Origin: an uncultured delta proteobacterium
GTDB lineage: Bacteria; Desulfobacterota; BSN033; UBA1163
Length of the DNA stretch: 64,000 nt
NCBI GenBank assembly: GCA_963708295.1
Contig: CAVPSJ010000004.1
Location: forward strand, 928,001-992,000
Direction of reading: 5' to 3'
The notes under the pieces are model-generated. The model had not been told where the DNA came from. It made no database searches and saw nothing but the letters and a program-made list of their open reading frames with translations. A program made the position numbers and the translations under genes. Every line of letters starts with the position of its first letter. Within the stretch, counting starts at the first letter, position 1. Positions 52,470-61,310 of the stretch are shown here, piece after piece.

Positions 52470-52560
52470 TCCCTCTCCCCTGGCGGGAGAGGGCGGGGGT
52501 GAGGGGGGACGTAGCGTTTCCACCCCCACCTCAATCCTCCCCCGTCGAGGGGGAGGAGGA
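52470..52560. repeat. Paired REP-like palindromes
   Basis: ccctctcccctggcgggagaggg...gtgagggg and cctcccccgtcgagggggagg. Confidence 0.65.
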
Positions 52561-52605
52561 CTACCAGATATTCTCATGGTTTGTGGGCGCCCTTGGCATG
52601 GGGCA

Positions 52606-53104
52606 TCAGTAAGCCGAAAGACCTGCGGTCGAAATGTCGATATTGAACCAGTCATTGAGATACCCGATCCACTTGGCCCGGTTGCCTGTACGGGCCTTCA
52701 CGGCCGTCTCTTTGTCCGAACCCGCGAAGATCAGGACCTTCTGGCCTTCTCTCCAGACGTTCTCCTTGAGATACATCCTGGCGTTTCCCGGTTTGCTTAC
52801 CCATTCCAGTTCTTCCTTGGTGAGCAGCTGCTTCACGATGTCGCCAAGGCCGCCGGGTTCATTCGGCCCTCCAAGGATTACAATCAATTTCTCTTTCTTG
52901 TTCGCCTCAAATTCGGCTCGGTATTGTCTGTTTGTATGGCACAGATTCGTTCTTCAGGAACTCAAACCAATTCTCCGACAGTCGATATCCATCTTGATTG
53001 GCAACAACGGTCAAGCGCAACTCCTGGCCCATCGCCTGAAAGGCGAATAACACACAAAGACCTATTCCGCCGATGACGATGAATACTCCTTTGACTCGTT
53101 TCAT
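52606..53104 (-). CDS. Exported hypothetical protein (one apparent frameshift near 52915)
   Basis: RBS ggagg; signal peptide; ORFs 52907-53242 and 52606-52887 join as ..IPSEFEANKKEKLIVILGGP..IFAGSDKE. Confidence 0.75.
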
Positions 53105-53218
53105 CTTTCCTCCGTGTGCAATCTTCTTGGTTATCTCGCGCTCACTTGGGGCTGTACTTTCTTCACTTATTTTTTTGTTGAGATTCCTCGCCTCCTGAAC
53201 TCTGTTCCTCTTCAAGAT

Positions 53219-53234
53219 TGCAACCCTTGTGCCA
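53219..53234 (-). promoter_or_regulatory. Sigma-54 promoter of the 53.1-40.6 kb operon
   Basis: TGGCACAAGGGTTGCA, consensus match. Confidence 0.85.
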
Positions 53235-53320
53235 TGATCCAATGAATGACTAACTGTTCAGTTTTATTTGCGTATTTCTCTTTGAGCCCGAGAATCATAC
53301 GCAAATACACCCTCCTGTTT

Positions 53321-53357
53321 GTTACGGTTGACGCACACATGTAAAGCAGACTGCACA
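53321..53357 (-). promoter_or_regulatory. Candidate enhancer (bEBP binding sites)
   Basis: TGTGCAGTCTGCTTTACA-TGTGTG..CGTA; similar to 58367-58405. Confidence 0.7.
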
Positions 53358-53400
53358 ATGAGGAAGCAGACCTTGTTTCGTGGATCTTGTGGGGGCGGGA

Positions 53401-54771
53401 TCATTGGAGGGAAGATGTGTCCAGATTGTACTGGGCCAGCTTGTCGTAGAAGGCGCGGCGGCTGATTCCAAGAAGCTGGGCGGCCTGACTGCGGTTGTTG
53501 TTCGCGGCTTTCAGGGCTTGAACGATCGCCTTCCTTTCAGCCTCTTCAACAACCTGCCTGAGTAGCAGAGGAGGAGTGTCCGTCATGCCGGTTCTTTCCG
53601 CAGGACGGCAGTCGACGTTCAGGCAATCGAGGGTAAGGGTCTCATTTTCCGCCAGAAGCACCCCCCGCTCAAGAATATTGCCCAGCTCCCTGATATTTCC
53701 CTTCCACGGAGAGTTGCTCATTGCCTCCAGGACGTTGGGTTTAATGCTGCTGATCTTCTTCTTGTACATCTTGCAAAACTTATTCAGGAAGTGATCGATC
53801 AGCAAGGGGATATCCTCTTGACGTTCTCTCAGGGGAGGAAGATAAAGAGGCACAACTGCCAGGCGGTAATAGAGGTCTTCTCGGAATTCGCCTTCCTCGA
53901 TGGCCTTTCTAAGGTCGCGATTCGTCGCCGAGATAAAGCGGACATCGATCTGAATAGTAGAATTCCCGCCGACAGGCCGAATCTCTCTTTCCTGAATGGC
54001 CCGGAGCAGCTTTACCTGGGTGGAGGGTTTGATGTCGGATATTTCATCGAGGAAGACCGTGCCTCCCTGGGCTTCCTCCAGAAGTCCCCGTTTGGCCTTG
54101 ATCGCACCCGTAAACGCTCCTTTCACATGGCCGAAGAGTTCGCTCTCAAGAAGCGTCTCCGTCAGGGCGCCGCAATCGATGGGCATCAAGGGGCGGTCTC
54201 TTCGGGAACTGTTCTGGTGAATGAGGCGGGCGAGGAGCTCTTTTCCCGTGCCGCTCTCTCCCTGGATGAGCACAGAGGCCTGAGAATCGGAGATCTTTTC
54301 CACCCGTCTCATCAGGTCGTGCATCGACTTGCTCGACCCGATCACCATCTTCGGATAACGGTCCTCTTCCTCCTGAAGGCGCAGGGGGGTCAGCTTCCGG
54401 TTCAGCTTTCCGTATTCGAGGGCCCTCCGCACAAGGATCTCCATGTCTCTGAGCTTGAAGGGCTTCGTGATATAGTGAAAGGCCCCGAGTTTGATCGCCT
54501 CCACAGCGGTTTCAATCGTTCCCACGCCCGTCAGGATAATAAACGGAAGCGTGGCATCGCTCGCTCGGACCCGTTCCAGCAACTCCAGACCGGTCAAGTC
54601 CTCCATCGCCAGATCGGAGATGACCAGATCGAACATCGTTTCTTCAATGGCCCGCCAACCCTGTTCCCCTGACTCCGCCTCTCTGACTTGATAGTTCAGG
54701 CGCGTCAGGAACCGGGACAAGGCCTGCCTCATCTCCGCTTCGTCCTCGACGATCAGAATCTTTTCAGACAA
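53401..54771 (-). CDS. Sigma-54-dependent response regulator (NtrC/AtoC family)
   Basis: Receiver domain (VEDE, SDL, KPF), [18 protein letters not shown], Fis-type HTH; TTG start inferred. Confidence 0.95.
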   Translation of the reverse strand: MSEKILIVEDEAEMRQALSRFLTRLNYQVREAESGEQGWRAIEETMFDLVISDLAMEDLTGLELLERVRASDATLPFIILTGVGTIETAVEAIKLGAFHYITKPFKLRDMEILVRRALEYGKLNRKLTPLRLQEEEDRYPKMVIGSSKSMHDLMRRVEKISDSQASVLIQGESGTGKELLARLIHQNSSRRDRPLMPIDCGALTETLLESELFGHVKGAFTGAIKAKRGLLEEAQGGTVFLDEISDIKPSTQVKLLRAIQEREIRPVGGNSTIQIDVRFISATNRDLRKAIEEGEFREDLYYRLAVVPLYLPPLRERQEDIPLLIDHFLNKFCKMYKKKISSIKPNVLEAMSNSPWKGNIRELGNILERGVLLAENETLTLDCLNVDCRPAERTGMTDTPPLLLRQVVEEAERKAIVQALKAANNNRSQAAQLLGISRRAFYDKLAQYNLDTSSLQ

Positions 54772-54884
54772 TTCCGGATCTCCGTTCGTATTCCCAAAAC
54801 AAGACAATGGAATAATAAACGCTCACGTAGCAAAAAGCCAGCCCTACGAACCCGGCGAGGATGTGATCAAGAGGGCTGCTGGAC

Positions 54885-56237
54885 TCACCTTGAGAGTACA
54901 TCAAAAGAGTTCAGGACCTTACCTTCAGGGAGGCGGGGATCCGGTGCGATGAAGGAGATTTTTACCCGGTCTTCGGAGACGTCCGCCCAGGTGTATCCCG
55001 AGGGCGTCCAGTACTTCTTATATGCGGTCACAGATTCAGGAAACTTCCAGGGCGCGCCTGCGCTTCCCACGCAAATATAATGAATTCCATCCACCTCGAC
55101 GTCAGTAAAGACATGATCATGCCCGTAAAAAAAAGCCTGGACGCCGAACTGCTTCATCCATCCATGAAGGATGGCCTGCTCCCCTATTTGGGCGGCCTGC
55201 CCCCCGCCTCGCCCGTAGCGGGAGTTGACTTCATCGCCGGCCTTCCCGGCAACGGTATGATGGGCCAGCAGAAACTTCCATCGTGCCTTCGATTTCGAAA
55301 GCTGTTCGAAGAGCCACTTTTTCTGCTTTTCGCCGAGTGTCCAGTCATCCGCCTTTCCAACAGGAGACCCGAGCCCATGATCCAATGGGGTGTACCCTGT
55401 GACGTTCAGGACCAGGAAAAGGACATCCCCCCATGTGAACCCGTAGTAGTCCTGGTCTTCGTTTCCCCCTTCAGGGTAGGTGTCGGAACCCGGATTAGGA
55501 ATAAAGGACTTACGGGCTTGCCTGGCCCATCCCCGCTCCCGCGCAGGGTGCCACCCATTTTCCCCCTCCCAGTTTCCATTGACCAGAAATGTCGGGACGG
55601 ATGAGGGAAGCGTTCCCAGGCCGCGCCTTAACAGCGAATAGAGCTGAGAACCGAATCTCTCCTCCGTCATCGGCCCCCCATGGGAGGTGAAGGTCTGGAT
55701 ATTGTCTCCGAGCATGAAGAAAAGATCCGGCTTTCGAGCAAGAATGGATGAACCCGCCTGAGAAATGATCTCGAAGCGGTCCCGGTCGAAGGGCGTAATG
55801 TGTGAATCAGAAATGAGCGCGAACGAAAAAGCAGAAGGCCCCGACTTCTGAGACCTGAATCTCTCTTCGGCCACCTTTTCGAACTCCCTGCCATCCTTCA
55901 AACGGGCGTAGACCTGATAGAGGTATGTGTTATCAGGCGTAAGGGATTCAAGCTTGATCTCAGCAGCGGAAAGGGCCCGGATGGGGACCTCTCTGGTTTT
56001 TTGCCATGACGCTGCGTCCGATAGCCCTTCTTTCCTGTATGCCACGTAGCAGACAATCTCTTTTTCACCCGCCATCAGGTTGAGCGTCACTGAGGATGGC
56101 GTGGGCCTGCCCAGATAAGGCGCTAAGGGAAGTAACGGAGATCCTGAACTTTGACAGAGGATTATCTGAGGCAACAAACAAACAAGGAAAACCAGGAGGG
56201 AAACAAAAACAGATTTTCCCGCAGCACCTTTCATCAC
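54885..56237 (-). CDS. Exported calcineurin-like metallophosphoesterase (purple acid phosphatase-like)
   Basis: Signal peptide, FN3-like region, DSH, GDN, GNWE, AHH, GHDH. Confidence 0.85.
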   Translation of the reverse strand: MMKGAAGKSVFVSLLVFLVCLLPQIILCQSSGSPLLPLAPYLGRPTPSSVTLNLMAGEKEIVCYVAYRKEGLSDAASWQKTREVPIRALSAAEIKLESLTPDNTYLYQVYARLKDGREFEKVAEERFRSQKSGPSAFSFALISDSHITPFDRDRFEIISQAGSSILARKPDLFFMLGDNIQTFTSHGGPMTEERFGSQLYSLLRRGLGTLPSSVPTFLVNGNWEGENGWHPARERGWARQARKSFIPNPGSDTYPEGGNEDQDYYGFTWGDVLFLVLNVTGYTPLDHGLGSPVGKADDWTLGEKQKKWLFEQLSKSKARWKFLLAHHTVAGKAGDEVNSRYGRGGGQAAQIGEQAILHGWMKQFGVQAFFYGHDHVFTDVEVDGIHYICVGSAGAPWKFPESVTAYKKYWTPSGYTWADVSEDRVKISFIAPDPRLPEGKVLNSFDVLSR

Positions 56238-58192
56238 AGGCTCGTCTGAGGATAAGCAGGGAAATCAACAAAGAAGGTCGTCCCTCGGCCGACGTCCGAT
56301 TTTACGCGAATCGATCCGTAATGTTTCTCCACAATACGTTTCGAGATGGAGAGGCCGAGACCAAACCCCTTATTCTTCCTGGCGGTATAGAAAGGATCGA
56401 AGATCTTGGGCAGATCCTTCTCCGGAATTCCAATCCCAGTGTCGGTCACTTCCAGACACACTTTTTCAGCGCCGTTGTCCTTTGCTTTGGCGACACGGAT
56501 CTCAATGGTACCCTTTTCGGATATGGCTTGAATTGAATTCAAGATCAGGTTGACGATGAGCTGCTGAATCTGATTATCGTCCCCTTCGCAGAAAACCGCC
56601 TCCCCCGGCAAATGTTTTTCAACCCTGATGCCCTTCTGCCTGAGCTGCTGTTTGCACAGGGATAAGGACTCTTCAATCAACGCAAGCAGGTTAATCCGGA
56701 CTTTTGCGGGAGGCGCGGGTCGAGTGAAGGTTAGAAGATCGTCGATGAACTTTCCTGCCCGAAGGGCGTTTCGCTCGATCGTCTCAAGGTTTTCCCGGAC
56801 GTTCTGTTTCCCATTCGCCTCATGGAGCATCTCTTCCGTGTTGGCCAGGATGATGCCGAGAGGATTGTTGATCTCGTGGGCGATCCCTGCCGCCATTTCG
56901 CCCATGATCGCAAGCCGTTCGGATTGCATCAACTCGGCTTCGAGTCGCTTGTGTTCAGTCACGTCCCGCGAAAAGCAGCACGCCAGCAGAGTATCCGCCC
57001 CCTTGATAAGGGTCGCATTCATGTCCACATCGATCCGCCTTCCGTCCTTTGCACAGAAGGAGAAGCTTTATGACACTGACCCCGCAAGATGGAGTGAATA
57101 AAGAGGATGATCTCTTCTCGGCTCTCGGGCGGAACAAGGTCGAATATCTTTCGCGCCAAGACCTCCTCTCTGCAATATCCCAGGGTCTGAATGGCCATCT
57201 TGTTCGCGTGGATTACCTGGCCGTCCGCCCCCACCAGGTGGATCATCTCCGGGGAAAACTCAATCAGGTCTTTGTGCCTCTGCCTTAAACCTTAAGGCAA
57301 AGGTATTGCCGCACTTTTCGTTTCAACATGCGGGTCCAGACGAGAAACCCCAGCAGAACCACGACTAAGACCCCGGCGCCGCGATGATGAATTTAAGGTA
57401 TTTTTCCAGGCCGGCAAAGGGAATGTTCTGGCCGAACCACTTGCGATAGATGATATCGTAATTTTTGTTCTCCGTGATCTTTCCGAAGGCAACGCTGAAT
57501 ATGCCAAAACCCACGGACCTCCTGTGAATCTAGATAGCCAAGGGACGGATTAAGCAACCGCAATTATTTAAGTGGTTTTGAAACTCCGGAATGACCAAGA
57601 TTCCGTTTTTCGATATATTCGACACACCTGTAAACCGGACTTTACAATTTCCAGGCCTTTCTTGAGTCTCTGCTTCGATAAATCTGATCTTGTCTTGATC
57701 AGGGATCAAGCGTCTGAGATCATCTCCTTTCAGAATAACCACCGAATGGCCGGGCAGGTCCCGGACGCAGGTGATCGTAATGCAGCACGTGTTCACAAAC
57801 AGCTTTCTGTCCAGATGGGTCGGAAGTTGAAGAAATTGGAGGCTGGGGTTAGAGATCGACTTTTCCTTGATAATCAGATCGAGTTTTCCCTCTGCCAGCC
57901 GGCGTTCGAGGTCATGGCCGTCCATGGGTAAAAACCTGATCTTTGCCCCCATGCTTCCGGCCAGCATCTTGATCAAATCGATGTTGAATCCACGAACGGA
58001 ACTTGACCCGGAATCAACAAAGGAAAAGGGCGGGAGACTGCTATCGATTCCTGCCCGGAGGGTTCTCTGACCGGATGCGAGACCGGGAAGGATCAGGAGT
58101 AAAGACAGAACAAGGGCTGCTTTCCTTGGAAAGTGTGTATAGCGCCGCCTGGAATTGAAGTCGATCGTTCTGTTAGACCTGACTTTTTCCAT
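56234..58192 (-). CDS. Sensor histidine kinase (periplasmic solute-binding domain, TM, PAS, HisKA, HATPase); several frameshifts and a garbled segment at about 57270-57660
   Basis: LRAGIDSSLPPFSF, YDIIYRKWFG, TM, PEMIHLV PAS, AHEINNPL, NLILNS, DTGIGI, GFGLGL across frames; start could be 58237. Confidence 0.8.
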
Positions 58193-58366
58193 AAACTGAA
58201 GCTTGGTCTCTCCCTTTCCACAATCCCTGAAGACCATTCTTTTTTGGTATCGTAGATAAAATCGAGGATTCTGTCAAGCAGAGCGCTTGGGAAGCCTTGG
58301 GAGGTAAAGATTCAAGATGGTGAAAGAATCCTTTGAATGGGCCAAAGAATGAAGGGCCGGCCGGGG

Positions 58367-58405
58367 TGTGCGGATTTCTTTACAAATGTGTGTTTTTTCG
58401 TACAC
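58367..58405 (+). promoter_or_regulatory. Candidate enhancer (bEBP binding sites)
   Basis: TGTGCGGATTTCTTTACA-AA-TGTGTG..CGTA; first box 14/18 identical to the box at 53340-53357. Confidence 0.7.
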
Positions 58406-58476
58406 GTTGATTACCGACCATCAGCGGTTTTGTAGGCAACTGGTTGAGAATTCCCACATTTCCGATTGCGAAGCGT

Positions 58477-58492
58477 TGGCATATTAATCGCG
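58477..58492 (+). promoter_or_regulatory. Sigma-54 promoter of the arylsulfotransferase gene
   Basis: TGGCATATTAATCGCG, GG-N10-GC. Confidence 0.65.
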
Positions 58493-58715
58493 TCGCAAAC
58501 CAGTTCAATTGGGTCAGAAGCAAGGTGCAGCAGAAATAAGGGTATCCAATTCTATCAAACTGGCGGCTTCAGTCCGAAGCAGAAAAGGAGGTGTCTGGAA
58601 AAGAGATCGAATTGTGGACAAGAAATCTTGGATGTCGCTTGGTAAATTAAATGCCACTGTCAATCGGAGCGAGACTTTTCACTAATTCAAATCTGAAAAG
58701 AATAGGAGGGGGAAA

Positions 58716-60114
58716 ATGCGAAAACAGATCGTAGTACTCACGGCTGCCGTTGTAGCAATTTTATTCCTTGGGGCGAACACCTCAGATGCCCTTGAACAAC
58801 TGGTGGGCCCGACCGGCGTGATCCGTTATTCCGGCGAAAAGGCACTCGACGGCTATACCTTGGTTTCTCCGGGCTCTTCAAAAACTTCTTACTTGTTGGA
58901 CATGGAAGGAAATGTCGTTCACAAATGGGTAACCCCATACACTCCTGGGCTTTACGCGGAACTTCTGCCCAATGGGAATCTCCTCAGAGGAGGGCGTCTC
59001 GACGGAGTTCCTGTGATGTTTGGGGGGTCTTCCGGGATCGTGCAGGAGATCGATTGGAACGGAAAGGTCGTCTGGGAATGGAAGGAGATGTCTCCCACGT
59101 ATGTTCAGCATCACTGTTTTTTCCGCATGCCCAACGGGAACACGTTGGTCCTTGGCTGGGAGTATAAGAGCAATGAAGAGGCCATTGCCAGGGGCCGCGA
59201 CCCCAAAACTCTTCTCTGGGATGGCTACCTCTACAATGGGATCGTCCACAAGGGCATCTGGCCGGATTATGTCAGGGAAGTGAGCAAGGAAGGCAAGGTC
59301 GTTTGGGAATGGCATGTCTGGGACCATATTCGGCAAGGGGCCTAACAAGATCGATATCAATTTCATATTGCCCCAGACCGACATGGTTTCGTACATGCGC
59401 GTTGCAGACTGGACTCATTACAACACCGTGGGCTACATCCCGGAGACCGATCAGATCATTCTCAATTCGCGGAATTTTGGCGAGTTCTATCTGATCAATC
59501 ACAAGACGGGCAAGATTGAATATCGATGGGGAAATCCCTGCGCTTATGGCAAGGGACGATGCCCCTCATGGATCGATGACGGCGACCAGCAACTCTTCGG
59601 TCCCCATCATGTCACCCGGCTGGACAACGGCAATTTTCTGATCTTCGATAACGGCTGGTTCCGGCCGGAGGGCAATCGTTCCCGCGTGCTCGAACTCGAT
59701 CCGAAGACCGACAAGGTCGTTTGGGAATACAAGCCCAAGATCGGAAACAGCTTCTTCTCCCGTTACCAGGGGGCGGCGCAGCGTCTGCCCAATGGCAATA
59801 CCCTCATCACGTCAAGCAGTCAGGGCCATGTCTTTGAAGTGACCGGCGGCAAGAACCCGGAAGTTGTCTGGGAATGGATTAATCCCGTCGTCGGTGATAA
59901 CGAGGCCAAATGCTTCCTGGAAGATTCGAAAGATATCCGAAGCGTCGTCGAGGAGGTCATGCTGACTACACTTCACCGCGCATACAGGTACGGCAAGGAC
60001 TACCCAGGCCTTGCGGGCAAAGATCTGACTAAGAAAGAGCCTCTGGCCAAGGGCTGCCTGGAGATGTGGAAGCATTACAGAGATTTTGAAGCCGCAACGA
60101 AGAAAGCGAAATAG
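58716..60114 (+). CDS. Arylsulfate sulfotransferase (ASST) family protein; one extra base near 59330
   Basis: Signal peptide; GYTL, YLLDMEGNVVHKW, QHHCF, WTHYN, GPHH, FDNG, GAAQRLPNGNTLI. Confidence 0.88.
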
Positions 60115-60130
60115 GAGAATGATCTTGTTC

Positions 60131-60176
60131 TCTCACCCGTATGGTTTCAATGCGGTACGAAACCGTACGGGTGAGA
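60131..60176 (+). terminator. Long stem-loop between convergent genes
   Basis: tctcacccgtatggtttc ... gaaaccgtacgggtgaga. Confidence 0.65.
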
Positions 60177-60256
60177 AGGATATGGGTCTTTGTCCCTCCG
60201 GCTGTATCTGCCTTTGGGTTACCTGAGCCATCTGCTGGACAACTCGTGGAGGAATT

Positions 60257-61027
60257 CTATATTTTCTTATGAGCAGTTCCGAGATTAAAATGGCAAGGAC
60301 TACAATCTATTTTACCCCTGGTATTCTCGAGGATCCCGCCTTTGTCATGACAGGTTCTGCACTGCTTTACACTTTCCGGGATCAGGAATACAGGTTTAAA
60401 GGTTCCTGCTAATTGTTGGTTCAAAAGCTCTACGGACTTTTTTGTAACATCCGCGGTTAACCGGCCACATCTCTCCTCACGTTCCTTTGAAAAGGCTTTA
60501 AATTTTGATGCCTTGCACCACCGAGAGACAGAAACGTGGCAAAGCGTTGAGCGCGAAACTGAGGGAACGATTTCGAGTTTAGACTCCTTTGGTTGGTAAA
60601 CGGGAAGCTTTTCCTGTTGAAACCAGCCAAAGAGCTCATCAACGACAGGCTCAGGTTTGTTCGAAACCAGATAAATAGCAGCTGCGGCACCGTTTAAGGC
60701 TCCACAGAGTGTTGCCCAATCCGCGACGCCTCCTTTACCGTACTTCATCATGAGAAAAGGAAAGCTATTGTAGGGTGCCCCCTTTTCCTCAGCCAGTCTC
60801 CCTATGATTCCCAAGAAAGTTCCGTACATGCACCGTCCCACCTCATATCCCTTATAGGAGATGTCTGCGGAAATGTCCGGATCAAGTTTTGAATATGGCC
60901 ATGGGAAATCAACAGGCTTGATCGGTTCCTTCTCTGCTGAGACTCCACAGGGAATAAGAGGACTAATCACCGCTGTTCCTGCAGCTACCCCCAGCATCTG
61001 AATTATTTCCCTTCTTGTTGTCTTCAT
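60257..61027 (-). CDS. Split-Soret cytochrome c-like protein (C-GCAxxG-C-C domain plus two CxxCH)
   Basis: Tat-like TRREII; CMYG, LCGALNGA, LCHVSVSRWC, ERCGRL, CRTCH, CSPCH. Confidence 0.85.
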   Translation of the reverse strand: MKTTRREIIQMLGVAAGTAVISPLIPCGVSAEKEPIKPVDFPWPYSKLDPDISADISYKGYEVGRCMYGTFLGIIGRLAEEKGAPYNSFPFLMMKYGKGGVADWATLCGALNGAAAAIYLVSNKPEPVVDELFGWFQQEKLPVYQPKESKLEIVPSVSRSTLCHVSVSRWCKASKFKAFSKEREERCGRLTADVTKKSVELLNQQLAGTFKPVFLIPESVKQCRTCHDKGGILENTRGKIDCSPCHFNLGTAHKKI

Positions 61028-61126
61028 TTGCACGGGCTCCTTTCTTCTTCGATAAAGTTTGGAATTATTGATTACCATTTAAAGAAAAGACAGTCAAGAA
61101 AGAAATATCCCTGTGAAAAAAAGGAC

Positions 61127-61155
61127 TTGACCCGTTTTTATCTTTTTAGTATAGT
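61127..61155 (+). promoter_or_regulatory. Sigma-70-type promoter
   Basis: TTGACC-N17-TATAGT. Confidence 0.65.
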
Positions 61156-61310
61156 TCTTAACGGAAATTCATTAAGAGAAGGTTTTTGTAGATAATTTTA
61201 TCAAGGGAGGTGGAAAAAAGATATAAGTAATGTGGAGTAAAAATGAATAGGGGAGATAGGGACTTTAGGTGATTCGGAAGCAAATAAATTAAAGAGAAGG
61301 GGGGACACAA

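Noticed and set aside
57510-57660. Foreign insertion inside the kinase gene
   Set aside because: No terminal repeats or coding signal; it roughly replaces the expected part of the sensor domain and is flanked by indels, so poor-quality sequence is more likely.
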